64,000 nt of DNA from contig WFOC01000058.1 of the NCBI GenBank assembly GCA_015488295.1, positions 22,507 through 86,506 on the forward strand, given 5' to 3'. Below the pieces are notes generated by a model. The model was given only the letters and a program-made list of their open reading frames with translations, ran no database searches and was not told the origin of the DNA. Below, one piece after another: positions 18,363 through 28,113 of this stretch; position 1 is the stretch's first letter; every line of letters begins with the position of its first letter. Origin of the DNA: Gammaproteobacteria bacterium (GTDB lineage Bacteria > Pseudomonadota > Gammaproteobacteria > SZUA-229). A program made the translations under genes and the position numbers.

Positions 18363-19313
18363 TCAGATCCAGTAGTCTGCGTAGCGGTCGCTGTGTTTTA
18401 TCCGGTCGGCCAGAATGGTTTTGAACTCGTCCGGATTTTTTGTGTGTACCAGTTCACCGTCGCGTGGAAAATGTTTGTCATATAAACGGGATAACCAGAA
18501 ACGCAAAGCCCCGGCGCGCAGCATTGCCGGCCAGTAGGTCTGCTCATTTTCCTGAAGTGCCCGGTACCGGTTATAGTGGCTGAGCAGGGCGATGACCTTG
18601 TCCTGATTCAGGCTCAGGTCATCATTGACACACCAGTCATTGGCGGTAACGGCCAGGTCGTACAACAGGACATCATCACAGGAATAATAAAAGTCGATGA
18701 TGCCGCTGAAGTTGTCGCCGTCCCACAGTGCGTTATCGCGGAACAGGTCGGCGTGGATAACACCGCGTGGCAGTTCGGCGTGACGCTTCTCTTTTTGAAA
18801 ATGGATTTCATCATCCAGCATCTGCTGTTCGCTTTGTGAAAGTTTGTCGATGACTTTATGTGCTGTGTGCTGGCACCAGGCCGGGCCGCGCGGGTTTTCC
18901 TGATGGGTCCCGTAAGTTAAACCGGCGGTGTGCATTTTTCCCATCGCCGCGCCCAGTTGCTGGCAGTGATTGATGGTGGTTTTGATCGTGCTACCGCCAT
19001 TCAGTCGTTCCACCAGAGCGATGGGTTTGTCCTTGAAATGACTCAGATAGTGTCCCTGTTTATCCGCCACCGGGTTAGCACTGGGCACGCCGTGGTCGGT
19101 CAGGTGGTGCATCAGGTTGAGGTAATACTGCATTTCCTCAAAGCTGTGATGCTCGAAGATCGTCAGTACAAAACGGCCATCGCTGGTATTGACAAAATAA
19201 TTGGTGTTTTCGATGCCGTCGCTGATGCCCTGATAATCCACTAGCTCGCCAACATTATAATTTGCGAGAAAGCTTTTCAGTTCGTTCTCGTCGATGGAGG
19301 TATAAACAGACAT
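18363..19313 (-). CDS. thrB: Homoserine kinase, ThrB type II (APH-like, Pseudomonas type)
   Basis: MSVYTSIDENELKSFL...GISDGIENTNYFV N-terminus and the HADLFRDN catalytic loop. The start is chosen at the second ATG (19313) to match the usual MSV.. N-terminus. The track ORF starts at 19331. Confidence 0.85.
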   Translation of the reverse strand: MSVYTSIDENELKSFLANYNVGELVDYQGISDGIENTNYFVNTSDGRFVLTIFEHHSFEEMQYYLNLMHHLTDHGVPSANPVADKQGHYLSHFKDKPIALVERLNGGSTIKTTINHCQQLGAAMGKMHTAGLTYGTHQENPRGPAWCQHTAHKVIDKLSQSEQQMLDDEIHFQKEKRHAELPRGVIHADLFRDNALWDGDNFSGIIDFYYSCDDVLLYDLAVTANDWCVNDDLSLNQDKVIALLSHYNRYRALQENEQTYWPAMLRAGALRFWLSRLYDKHFPRDGELVHTKNPDEFKTILADRIKHSDRYADYWI

Positions 19314-19465
19314 ATAATTCTGGTGCAGCATTCGCCGGCGGATTTAATGAGGCGATGATTTTAACGTATAACGCTGATTTACTAAATACATCTTGTGTCT
19401 CTATTAAAGCATCGCGTGGTTTGCGATAATCAGCCACCTGTCAAATCATGTGAGCCAGCTTCCTG

Positions 19466-22168
19466 ATGTCTGAAAAAAAACCGCCCCTCGTTCTAGTCGA
19501 TGGCTCTTCGTATTTGTTCCGCGCTTTTCACGCACTGCCGCCACTGGAAAACAGCAAGGGTCAGGCCACAGGTGCGATCTATGGCGTGATCAACATGCTC
19601 AACAAGCTGGTCGAAGAATACAGGCCCGAACACATCGCCGTGGTGTTTGATGCCAAGGGCAAAACCTTTCGCAACGATCTGTACGAAGAATACAAGGCAC
19701 ACCGGCCGCCGATGCCGGATGAACTGCGCAGCCAGATCGAGCCGCTGTATGAAATCGTCGAAGCCCTGGGTTACCCGATGATCATCGTGCCCGGTGTCGA
19801 GGCCGATGATGTCATCGGTACTTACGCAAAACAGGCCAGCGAGCAGAAAATCGACACCCTGATTTCCACCGGTGATAAAGATCTGGCGCAGCTGGTCAAT
19901 CCACACGTGACGCTGATCAATACCATGAACAATCTGGTGATGGACGAAACCGGTGTGCAGGAAAAATTTGACGTGCCACCGAGCGCGATCATCGATTACC
20001 TGGCGCTGATGGGTGATACCTCGGACAATATTCCCGGCGTGCCCAAGGTCGGCCCCAAGACAGCCGCCAAGTGGCTGAAGCAATATGGAACGCTGGATAA
20101 CCTGATTGCACACGCTGATGAAATCAAGGGCAAGGTTGGCGAAAGCCTGCGTGAACATCTTGATCAGCTGCCGCTGTCGCGTGATTTGACCACCATTAAG
20201 TGTGATGTCGAGCTTGAGCATAAAATTGATGAGCTGAATATGCGCCCGCCGCAGCTGGATAAGCTAAAGCAGATGTACAGCGATCTGGAATTTAAAAGCT
20301 GGCTGGCGAACCTGTCTGCAGACGATGATGAGACCGATCCGGTTGATGCACCAGCAGAAGTCGAAACCAGTTATGAAACCGTGCTCGACAAAAAAGAGTT
20401 TGAGGCCTGGCTGAAAAAATTAAATGAAGCCGAACAGTTTGCCTTCGACACCGAAACCACCAGCCTGGATTACATGAAAGCCCGCATCGTCGGTGTCTCG
20501 TTTGCCGTCAAAATCGGTGAGGCGGCCTACGTGCCCTTCGGCCATGATTACCTGGATGCACCTGAACAACTCAGTGAGCAGGACGTGCTGGGCGCGCTCA
20601 AGCCACTGCTGGAAGATGCGAACAAAGCCAAGATCGGGCAGAACCTGAAATATGACGCGCACGTGCTGATCAATCACGACATCGCTTTAAAAGGCATTGC
20701 GCAGGACACCATGCTGGAATCCTATGTGCTGGATTCCACCCGGCGGCACAACATGGACGACATGGCGCTACGTCTGCTAGGCCGCGAGACCACTCATTTT
20801 GAAGAGGTGGCCGGCAAGGGCGTGAAGCAGTTGACCTTCAACCAGATAGCGCTGGAACAAGCCGGGCCTTATGCGGCTGAAGATGCGGACATTACCTTGC
20901 AGCTGCACAAAAAACTCAGCACCGAGCTGGAAAAAATACCGAAGCTGCAAAGCGTGTATCAGGATATCGAGCTGCCATTATTAAGTGTGTTGCTAAAGAT
21001 CGAGCGTAACGGTGTAAAAATTGATGCTGCTATGCTGCAGGTGCAGAGCCAGCAACTGGCAGAGCGCATGAAGGAAGTGGAATCGCAGGCGTATGAAGAA
21101 GCCGGTGAGACATTTAACCTGGCCTCACCGAAACAGCTGAGCGCCATCCTGTTTGAAAAGCTGGAAATTCCGTCAGCAAAAAAAACCAGGACCGGGCAAT
21201 ATTCCACCGCAGAAAGCGTGTTGCAGGAACTGGCCGAAGAATACACCCTGCCCAAACTGATCCTGGAGCACCGCAGTTTAAGCAAGCTCAAATCCACCTA
21301 CACCGACAAGCTGCCGTTGCAGATCAACGAAAAAACCGGGCGCGTACATACTTCATATAACCAGACCGTGGCCGCCACCGGCCGGCTGTCTTCAACTGAT
21401 CCAAACTTGCAGAACATCCCGATTCGCAGTGAAGAAGGCCGGCGTATCCGCCAGGCGTTTGTTGCGCCCGAGGGTTATAAAATGCTGGCGGCGGATTATT
21501 CACAGGTCGAACTGCGTATCATGGCGCATCTTTCGGGTGATGAAAATTTGCTTAAAGCCTTCGCCGAAGGCATTGATGTGCATCGCGCTACCGCTGCTGA
21601 AGTGTTTGGCGTAGCGCTGGATGAAGTCGAAGCCGAGCAACGCCGTGCTGCCAAGGCGATCAACTTTGGTCTGATTTACGGCATGTCCGCCTTCGGCCTG
21701 GCGAAGCAGCTGAACATCGGTCGCTATGAAGCGCAGGATTATATCGATGTCTATTTCACGCGATACCCGGGCGTGAAAGCGTACATGGATCAGACGCGTG
21801 AGCAGGCGCATGAGCAGGGGTATGTTGAAACCGTGTTCGGTCGGCGTTTGTATCTGCCGGAAATCAATTCACGAAACGGTCAGCGTCGCCAGTATGCCGA
21901 GCGCACTGCGATCAATGCGCCGATGCAGGGCACCGCAGCGGACATCATCAAACGCGCGATGATTTCAGTCGATGCAGCCCTGAGCGCCAGCAATATCGAC
22001 GCAAAAGTTGTGATGCAGGTACATGATGAACTGGTGGTCGAAGTGCTGGAAAAAGATGTCGAAGCGCTGGCTGATCTGCTGCGTATGGAAATGGAAAGTG
22101 CTGCCACATTAAAAGTACCGCTGGTGGTTGATATCGGCATCGGTGATAACTGGGATGAGGCGCACTAG
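19466..22168 (+). CDS. polA: DNA polymerase I
   Basis: 900 aa. 5'-nuclease N-terminus (LVDGSSYLFRAFHA), 3'-5' exonuclease (FAFDTETTSLD), polymerase motifs DYSQVELRIMAHLS and QVHDELV. Confidence 0.97.
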   Translation: MSEKKPPLVLVDGSSYLFRAFHALPPLENSKGQATGAIYGVINMLNKLVEEYRPEHIAVVFDAKGKTFRNDLYEEYKAHRPPMPDELRSQIEPLYEIVEALGYPMIIVPGVEADDVIGTYAKQASEQKIDTLISTGDKDLAQLVNPHVTLINTMNNLVMDETGVQEKFDVPPSAIIDYLALMGDTSDNIPGVPKVGPKTAAKWLKQYGTLDNLIAHADEIKGKVGESLREHLDQLPLSRDLTTIKCDVELEHKIDELNMRPPQLDKLKQMYSDLEFKSWLANLSADDDETDPVDAPAEVETSYETVLDKKEFEAWLKKLNEAEQFAFDTETTSLDYMKARIVGVSFAVKIGEAAYVPFGHDYLDAPEQLSEQDVLGALKPLLEDANKAKIGQNLKYDAHVLINHDIALKGIAQDTMLESYVLDSTRRHNMDDMALRLLGRETTHFEEVAGKGVKQLTFNQIALEQAGPYAAEDADITLQLHKKLSTELEKIPKLQSVYQDIELPLLSVLLKIERNGVKIDAAMLQVQSQQLAERMKEVESQAYEEAGETFNLASPKQLSAILFEKLEIPSAKKTRTGQYSTAESVLQELAEEYTLPKLILEHRSLSKLKSTYTDKLPLQINEKTGRVHTSYNQTVAATGRLSSTDPNLQNIPIRSEEGRRIRQAFVAPEGYKMLAADYSQVELRIMAHLSGDENLLKAFAEGIDVHRATAAEVFGVALDEVEAEQRRAAKAINFGLIYGMSAFGLAKQLNIGRYEAQDYIDVYFTRYPGVKAYMDQTREQAHEQGYVETVFGRRLYLPEINSRNGQRRQYAERTAINAPMQGTAADIIKRAMISVDAALSASNIDAKVVMQVHDELVVEVLEKDVEALADLLRMEMESAATLKVPLVVDIGIGDNWDEAH

Positions 22169-22290
22169 CAATCTTGCGCAGCATCAAGCATAAGCCAAAT
22201 AGTGTGTAGAAAGGCTTGCTGTTGAGGGCGGGGTTGTCTATAAAGGCATTATGGTTGTTTGTTGATGTAGCGTGAGGGCATGGATTAGTG

Positions 22291-23295
22291 ATGAATTTTT
22301 TTAATGATCTGGCGGATTTCAGTGCCGCCGAAATCCGCGAGCTGATTTTGCTGGCTGGCCGGCTGGATAAGCACCCTGAGCCGCGAGCGCTGGAAGGTAA
22401 AGTGCTGGCGCTGTTGTTTCTCAGCCCCTCATTGCGTACGCTGATCTCGTTTCAGTCGGCGATGGCGCGCCTTGGTGGCAGCACCTTTGTGGTTTCACCA
22501 GAGATGTCGATTCATGGGCTTGAGTCGCGTTCTGGTATTGTCATGGACGGCATTGCTGCTGAACACATTCGTGAGGCGGTGCCGGTGATAGCCTCTTACG
22601 GCGATGCTATCGGTATTCGTGCTTTTGCAAAACGCGAAAATCTGGAAGATGATCTGGCAGATCGTGAGTTCCACGAACTCACCTCGCTGGTTGACACACC
22701 ATACATTAATATGGAGTCGGCGATTAATCACCCCTGCCAGAGTCTGGCAGACTGGAAAACGCTGGATGACCTGAACGTGCCGGCGAAAGGCGGTAAACTG
22801 GTATTGTCCTGGAGCTGGCACCCCAGTCCGATGCCGCTGGCAGTGCCGGCAGCGACTTTGCACATGGCAGCACTTCGTGGCATGGACGTGACCGTGTTGC
22901 GGCCGGAAGGTTACGCACTGCCGGATGCGCTCATGGAAAAAGCGCAGCAGGCAGCGGCGGCAAGTGGTGGCTCGGTAACGCAGACGGATGACCGCGCTAG
23001 TGCGATGCAGGATTGCCAGGTTATTTACGCCAGCTCCTGGGCATCGCCACAGCATTATGGTGACCGTAAGGCGGAGGACAAAATCAAGCCGGATATGCCG
23101 ACCTGGTGTGTTGATGAACCCTGGTTTGCCAATGCGAGCAGTGGTTGTTATTTCATGCACTGCCTGCCGGCGCGTCGAGGTGTGTCTGTTAGTGATGATA
23201 TTCTTGATGGGGCACGTAGTGTGGTTGTTGCTGAAGCGCACAGTCGTATGCTGGTGCAGATGGCGTTGCTGTATCAGATGTTGTCGAAAAGGTAA
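22291..23295 (+). CDS. N-acetyl/N-succinyl-ornithine carbamoyltransferase-like transcarbamylase
   Basis: HPCQSLAD and FMHCLPARRG motifs. VMDG..AEHIREA...IGIRAF and LSWSWHPSPMPLAV blocks resemble the AOTCase/SOTCase subfamily. The carbamoyl-phosphate motif reads SLRTL rather than SxRTR. Confidence 0.65.
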   Translation: MNFFNDLADFSAAEIRELILLAGRLDKHPEPRALEGKVLALLFLSPSLRTLISFQSAMARLGGSTFVVSPEMSIHGLESRSGIVMDGIAAEHIREAVPVIASYGDAIGIRAFAKRENLEDDLADREFHELTSLVDTPYINMESAINHPCQSLADWKTLDDLNVPAKGGKLVLSWSWHPSPMPLAVPAATLHMAALRGMDVTVLRPEGYALPDALMEKAQQAAAASGGSVTQTDDRASAMQDCQVIYASSWASPQHYGDRKAEDKIKPDMPTWCVDEPWFANASSGCYFMHCLPARRGVSVSDDILDGARSVVVAEAHSRMLVQMALLYQMLSKR

Positions 23296-23534
23296 TATGG
23301 TTGGGGGTTGTTTTTAGGGCTTTTGCTGGATTTCATGTAAAACATCTCGACAATTAATGGCTTGCATCATTTAGTTGTTTTTTCTCTGAGGCTGGTTCTT
23401 TAACCTTCTGATCTAAAATAGGTTTTTCTTTTTCTTTGGTCTTCTCTCTTGACCGTTCGTCGGTTACTGGCCTGCTTTGTCATTCTTTTCTTCGCATAGT
23501 TTTGACATCCTTCCTGTATAGTCTTTAATCACTA

Positions 23535-23720
23535 TTAACGAAGTCGCTTATGGAAGTTGCTTATGATTTTCAAAAGTTTTTGGTAATCGTTTGAAGCGCT
23601 TTAGTGAATACGCTGTAGCCCGGCGTAGACCCGCTCTCTCCCTTTTGCGGGTCATCGGAATCGGCATCCCCAATCCGGTTCCATCTTTGTTACCCGGCCT
23701 TTTTGGCCGGGTTTTTTTTT
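23535..23720 (+). ncRNA. Candidate small RNA of unclassified family
   Basis: Sigma-70-like promoter TTGACA (23502-23507), 16 nt, TTTAAT (23524-23529). Three successive hairpins: gacccgc/gcgggtc (23628-23653), ggaatcgg/ccggttcc (23657-23682), and the terminator at 23692-23720. Only 7-13 codon ORFs are present. It lies 240 nt after the previous + strand gene. Confidence 0.35.
23692..23720 (+). terminator. Rho-independent terminator, + strand specific
   Basis: Stem acccggcc / ggccgggt followed by a run of nine T. On the minus strand no U-tract follows the stem. Confidence 0.75.
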
Positions 23721-23768
23721 GCCTCAGAAAAAAAGATTTCAGCGCGGACGTGCCGAGGGTGAATAAAT

Positions 23769-24419
23769 TTAGAGGCCCAGGTTCAGCCACGCATTTAATT
23801 TAATCACCAGTTCGTTCAGGCCGGTTTTTTTCAATGCGGAAAAAGTTTGTACACTGGCATCTATATCGGCTTCTTTCAGCAGCTTGCGGGTTTTCAGCAG
23901 GCTGTTTTGCTGTGCGCCGCGTTTGATTTTGTCGGCTTTGGTCAGCAGGATGTGTGCGGGTAGCTGGTAGTGCTGGCACCATTCCAGCATCTGCCAGTCA
24001 TAATCATTTAGCGGGTGGCGGATGTCCATGATGATCACCAGGCCGTTTAGTGGCTGCTGTTCGCTAAGATATTGTGTCATCAGTTTTTGCCATTCGTTTT
24101 TCATGGCGACCGGTACTTTGGCAAAGCCATAGCCGGGCAGGTCGACCAGGCGGTGGCCTTCGTCCAGTTCAAAAAAGTTGACCAGGCGTGTGCGCCCCGG
24201 AGTTTTACTGGTGCGGGCCAGGCTTTTGTTGTCGCATAAGGTGTTGATGGCGCTGGATTTTCCGGCGTTGGAGCGTCCGGCGAAGGCGACTTCACAGCCG
24301 CCCTGTGGAAACTGCTGGGCCTTGCCGGCGCTGATAAGAAAATGCGCCTGGCGGTAATAGCGATTATCGCCAGCAGGATTTTTCGGTTTTTTATCTGGTG
24401 GATTGCTCATAGGCGGCAT
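23769..24419 (-). CDS. engB: Ribosome biogenesis GTPase EngB/YihA
   Basis: G1 GRSNAGKSS, G3 DLPGYG, G4 TKADK. Divergent from cytochrome c4, a common arrangement. Confidence 0.9.
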   Translation of the reverse strand: MPPMSNPPDKKPKNPAGDNRYYRQAHFLISAGKAQQFPQGGCEVAFAGRSNAGKSSAINTLCDNKSLARTSKTPGRTRLVNFFELDEGHRLVDLPGYGFAKVPVAMKNEWQKLMTQYLSEQQPLNGLVIIMDIRHPLNDYDWQMLEWCQHYQLPAHILLTKADKIKRGAQQNSLLKTRKLLKEADIDASVQTFSALKKTGLNELVIKLNAWLNLGL

Positions 24420-24579
24420 TATGCGCTATCACCTTTCAATAGTGAACAGGCCTTTGCCAGCCGGTGTTTTTGGTGGTGGTTTGCTGATCCATGATTGATA
24501 TTGATGGAATGGTGTTGGTGGTGTAGAATTCCGCCACTTTTTTTGCCCTTTCCGGGTTTGTATGTTTGGAGTTCAAACA

Positions 24580-25191
24580 ATGAAAAAATTAATTTTAGCG
24601 ACTGTTGCCAGTTTAAGTATGTTCATGGCTGTTACAGCCGTTGCGGGTGATGCCGCTGCTGGTAAAACCAAATCGGCATCATGCGGTGGTTGTCATGGTA
24701 TGGATGGCAATAGCCTGATTCCAATGTATCCCAAACTTGCCGGCCAGAACGAAGCCTATATTGTTAAGCAGGTTAAGGACTTTAAAGCCAATGGTGATCG
24801 CCAGAATGCGATCATGCTGGGCATGGTTGCTGCCTTAACCGATGAGGATGCCGCGGATATTGGTGCTTACTTCCAGTCGCAGAGCACGAAAGATGCTGCG
24901 CCTTTCGATGCTGACAAGATCGCTCTCGGCCGTGAGCTGTATAAAGGCGGTGACCTGCAGAAAGGTATTCCGGCCTGTCAGGGTTGCCATGGACCAACAG
25001 GTGCTGGTGTTGCCGGTGCGGGTTATCCGCAGCTGGGTGGTCAGTATGTTGATTATACATTGGCGCAGTTAAAAGCTTTTAAAGACGGCAGCCGTAAAAA
25101 TGATGCCAACATGTTGATGCGTTCTATCGTCGAAAAAATGTCAGAAGCAGAAATGACGGCTGTTGCAAACTACATTGCCAGTCTTAAATAA
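24580..25191 (+). CDS. Dihaem cytochrome c4
   Basis: Signal peptide MKKLILATVASLSMFMAVTAVA. Two CxxCH sites (CGGCHG, CQGCHG). GGAG lies upstream of the ATG at 24580; the track start at 24562 is less likely. Confidence 0.9.
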   Translation: MKKLILATVASLSMFMAVTAVAGDAAAGKTKSASCGGCHGMDGNSLIPMYPKLAGQNEAYIVKQVKDFKANGDRQNAIMLGMVAALTDEDAADIGAYFQSQSTKDAAPFDADKIALGRELYKGGDLQKGIPACQGCHGPTGAGVAGAGYPQLGGQYVDYTLAQLKAFKDGSRKNDANMLMRSIVEKMSEAEMTAVANYIASLK

Positions 25192-25216
25192 AATGGCGCT
25201 TTAATTAAGCCATGGC

Positions 25217-25248
25217 AAAAAAGGGGATGGCTCAGGCCATCCTTTTTT
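25217..25248 (+). terminator. Rho-independent terminator after cytochrome c4
   Basis: Stem ggatggc / gccatcc with loop tcag, followed by tttttt. Confidence 0.75.
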
Positions 25249-25295
25249 GTCTATAGGCTATAGTCATGTCTGTATAACCTTTCTCAGCGAAAATA

Positions 25296-25934
25296 ATGCT
25301 TGAAATCCAGTCTCTAGAATGTGTGCGTGATGACCGTTTGTTGTTCAGCGGTTTAAGTTTTACTGTGGCTGAAGCGCAGGTACTGCAAATTGAAGGGCCG
25401 AACGGCAGTGGTAAAACCAGTCTGCTGCGTATTATCTGTGGCCTGCGTCAGGCGGAGGCGGGCAAGGTACTGTGGCAGGGCGAGTCTATTACGGCAAGCC
25501 GTGAAGATTATTATGCCAATATGGTTTACATCGGCCACCTGCCCTGCATCAAGGGCGACTTAACTGTTCTGGAAAATGTGCGTGCATTGCTCGATACCCG
25601 CTCATTATCGCTGAGCACGACCGAGATTGAAGGCGCGCTGGCTAAAGTTGGCCTGGCAACATACGAAGATGTGCAGGGCAAGGCCTTGTCATCGGGGCAG
25701 CGGCGGCGGATTTTGCTGGCGTTTGTTGAGTTGTCCCGGGCGAAGCTGTGGATACTGGATGAGCCGTTGACGGCGCTGGATGTGCAGGGTGTGGCGCTGA
25801 TGGAGTCGATGATTCTGGATCACAAACGTGCCGGCGGCAGTGTGGTTTTTACCACGCATCACGGCATGCAGCTTGATTGTGAAATGTCCTCGGTTCAGCT
25901 TGGTCGCAAGGCACGGCTGCAGGGTGTGGAGTGA
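25296..25934 (+). CDS. ccmA: Haem exporter ATP-binding protein CcmA
   Basis: Walker A GPNGSGKTSLLR, signature LSSGQRRR, Walker B LWILDEP. Confidence 0.9.
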   Translation: MLEIQSLECVRDDRLLFSGLSFTVAEAQVLQIEGPNGSGKTSLLRIICGLRQAEAGKVLWQGESITASREDYYANMVYIGHLPCIKGDLTVLENVRALLDTRSLSLSTTEIEGALAKVGLATYEDVQGKALSSGQRRRILLAFVELSRAKLWILDEPLTALDVQGVALMESMILDHKRAGGSVVFTTHHGMQLDCEMSSVQLGRKARLQGVE

Positions 25935-25938
25935 GTCG

Positions 25939-26610
25939 ATGTTAAAAGCTTATTATCATTTGCTGGTTCGTGATTTGCGTCTGGCGCTGCGTAACCGACA
26001 TGAGCTGGCAAATCCGCTGATATTTTTTGTGCTGGTGGTTACCCTGTTTCCACTGGCGGTTACGCCAACCTCGGAAGCGTTGCGGGCGATGGCTCCGGGT
26101 GTGATCTGGGTTTCTGCGTTGCTGGCGGTGCTGCTGTCGCTGGATCGTCTGTTCAAGCAGGATTATGACGATGGTTCTTTGGACCAGTTAATGCTTAGCC
26201 CGAACCCGTTGATGATTCTGGTGCTGGCGAAAGTTTCGGCGCACTGGTTATTGACCGGTCTGCCACTGGTGATTATCGCGCCATTGCTGGGTTTGTTCAT
26301 GAGTCTGCCCTCGGAAGCGGTCACTGTTTTGATTTATAGCTTGTTGCTGGGTACGCCGGTGCTTAGTCTGGTGGGTGCAATTGGCGTTTCTTTAACAGTT
26401 GCAGTGAACCGTGGTGGAGTTTTGTTGTCCTTAATCATTCTGCCGTTATACATTCCTATTTTGATTTTTGGGGCGAATGCGGTTGATGTGGCTTCGGATG
26501 GCTTACCTGTTACAGGTCAATTACTATTTTTGGGCGCTGTGTTAGCATTGGCTTTATCGCTGGCACCGCTGGCAACCTCTGTCGCATTGCGCATTACGGC
26601 TGCACGATAA
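25939..26610 (+). CDS. ccmB: Haem exporter membrane protein CcmB
   Basis: Polytopic protein between ccmA and ccmC. The start is set at ATG 25939 (MLKAYYHLLVRDLRLALRN), because the track start at 25828 overlaps ccmA by 107 nt. Confidence 0.9.
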   Translation: MLKAYYHLLVRDLRLALRNRHELANPLIFFVLVVTLFPLAVTPTSEALRAMAPGVIWVSALLAVLLSLDRLFKQDYDDGSLDQLMLSPNPLMILVLAKVSAHWLLTGLPLVIIAPLLGLFMSLPSEAVTVLIYSLLLGTPVLSLVGAIGVSLTVAVNRGGVLLSLIILPLYIPILIFGANAVDVASDGLPVTGQLLFLGAVLALALSLAPLATSVALRITAAR

Positions 26611-26634
26611 GCAGCATCATAAAAGATTTGAATT

Positions 26635-27372
26635 ATGTGGAAGTGGATACAACGATTTTCTTCGCCTAAGTATTTTTACAGCATGTCAGCGCCGTTAATT
26701 ACGTGGTTTTCTATCGCTGCGTTGTTGACAGGATTGTATGGATTATACCTGGGACTGTTTGTGGCTCCGCCTGATTATCAGCAGGGCGAGAGCTATCGTA
26801 TAATTTTTATTCATGTGCCAGCGGCCTGGATGTCATTATTTATTTATATGGTGATGGCGGTGTCCGCCGCTATCGGCATTATCTGGCAGATTCGGCTGGC
26901 TGATATGGTCGCTGCGGCGAGTGCACCAATCGGTGCTTCATTTGCTTTTCTGGCGCTGGTTACCGGTGCGCTCTGGGGCAAGCCCATGTGGGGCGCATAC
27001 TGGGTGTGGGACGCACGTTTAACATCAGAACTGATTTTACTGTTTTTATATCTGGGCTATATGGCGCTGCAATCGGCTATCGAAGATCAACGCAGCGCAG
27101 ATAAGGCCAGTGGCCTGCTGGCAATTGTCGGCGTGGTTAATATTCCTATCATCCATTATTCGGTCGAATGGTGGAATACCCTGCATCAGGGCGCAACCGT
27201 GGCAAAATTTGATAAACCGTCCATGCATATTGACATGCTTATTCCGTTATTGCTGATGGCGGTCGCATTCAAGTTGCTTTATGCCGCGCTGGTACTGGTG
27301 CGCGCACGAAACGAAGCGTTATATCGTGATCGTAATCGGCGCTGGGTAAGAGAGTTAATTGAAAAACTGTAA
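26635..27372 (+). CDS. ccmC: Haem lyase/exporter subunit CcmC
   Basis: Trp-rich WWD motif GALWGKPMWGAYWVWDARL plus conserved His residues. Confidence 0.92.
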   Translation: MWKWIQRFSSPKYFYSMSAPLITWFSIAALLTGLYGLYLGLFVAPPDYQQGESYRIIFIHVPAAWMSLFIYMVMAVSAAIGIIWQIRLADMVAAASAPIGASFAFLALVTGALWGKPMWGAYWVWDARLTSELILLFLYLGYMALQSAIEDQRSADKASGLLAIVGVVNIPIIHYSVEWWNTLHQGATVAKFDKPSMHIDMLIPLLLMAVAFKLLYAALVLVRARNEALYRDRNRRWVRELIEKL

Positions 27373-27389
27373 TGAGTAGAGCATAGATT

Positions 27390-27599
27390 ATGAACTGGTC
27401 AGAATTTTTTCACATGGGTGGTTATGCCTTTTTTGTGTGGACCTCTTACGGGGTGACACTGATTGTCATTGTCGCGAATATTGTTGCCCCTGTTATGCAA
27501 CGCAAAAAAATTATCGCGCGCATTAAACGTGCGATCAAGCGCGAACAAATTGAACTGGCCAATAGCCAGCAAATGGCTAATAGTGGGAAAACAGAGTAA
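27390..27599 (+). CDS. ccmD: Haem exporter protein CcmD
   Basis: 69-aa single-TM protein between ccmC and ccmE. Its stop overlaps the ccmE start (TAATG). Confidence 0.75.
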   Translation: MNWSEFFHMGGYAFFVWTSYGVTLIVIVANIVAPVMQRKKIIARIKRAIKREQIELANSQQMANSGKTE

Positions 27600-28045
27600 T
27601 GAACAAAAGAAGTCGTAGAAAAGTTTTAATTATTGGTATTGTCTTTGGTGTTTCGCTGGCGACGGTGCTGGGCCTGACAGCGTTTGAAGAAAACCTGCTG
27701 TATTTTTATAGCCCGACGGATGTGAAAGCCGGCAAAGCACCGGGCACACATTCGTTTCGTGTTGGCGGTCTGGTGGTTGCAGGTAGTGTAAACCGTGAAC
27801 CGGATAGCCTGAAAATAGTGTTTGATGTTACGGATAATCAGGAGGAGATGACTATCGAGTACACCGGCATTCTGCCTGATCTGTTCCGTGAAGGTCAGGG
27901 CATTGTTGCGATGGGAAATTTGCAGCCTGATGGCCGTTTTGTCGCGCAGGAAGTGCTGGCAAAGCATGATGAAAATTATATGCCGCCGGAAGTTGCGGAT
28001 GCTCTAAAAACTTCAGAGGAAGCAGCCAAAAAAGCTGCTTACTAA
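27599..28045 (+). CDS. ccmE: Haem chaperone CcmE
   Basis: N-terminal anchor, OB-fold body, and the haem-binding His in LAKHDENYMPPE. Confidence 0.9.
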   Translation: MNKRSRRKVLIIGIVFGVSLATVLGLTAFEENLLYFYSPTDVKAGKAPGTHSFRVGGLVVAGSVNREPDSLKIVFDVTDNQEEMTIEYTGILPDLFREGQGIVAMGNLQPDGRFVAQEVLAKHDENYMPPEVADALKTSEEAAKKAAY

Positions 28046-28113
28046 AACATTAAACGGTGCTGACAAAGCCTTTGTTTGGAATTGCCCCCTAAATTGACTC
28101 ACTTCAAAATATT

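Noticed and set aside
19493-20221. Long antisense ORFs inside well-supported genes: 19493-20221 in polA, 22495-23241 in the transcarbamylase gene, 40247-41134 in the sugar transferase gene, and 58330-58866 and 60082-60786 in the asnB/GT4 genes.
   Set aside because: Their compositions are Arg/Ser/His/Cys-rich and of low plausibility, with no motifs. Each lies fully opposite a gene with strong family signatures. These are typical shadow ORFs.
23591-23803. 70-aa ORF (MKRFSEYAVARRRPALS...) in the engB-proximal gap.
   Set aside because: It reads through two hairpins and the intrinsic terminator, overlaps the engB 3' end, and has Arg/Pro/Gly-rich composition. The region is better explained as a structured RNA.
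25828-25938. N-terminal extension of ccmB given by the ORF track (start at 25828).
   Set aside because: It would overlap ccmA by 107 nt and encode a Cys/Arg-rich non-membrane leader. The ATG at 25939, 4 nt after the ccmA stop, gives the usual CcmB N-terminus.
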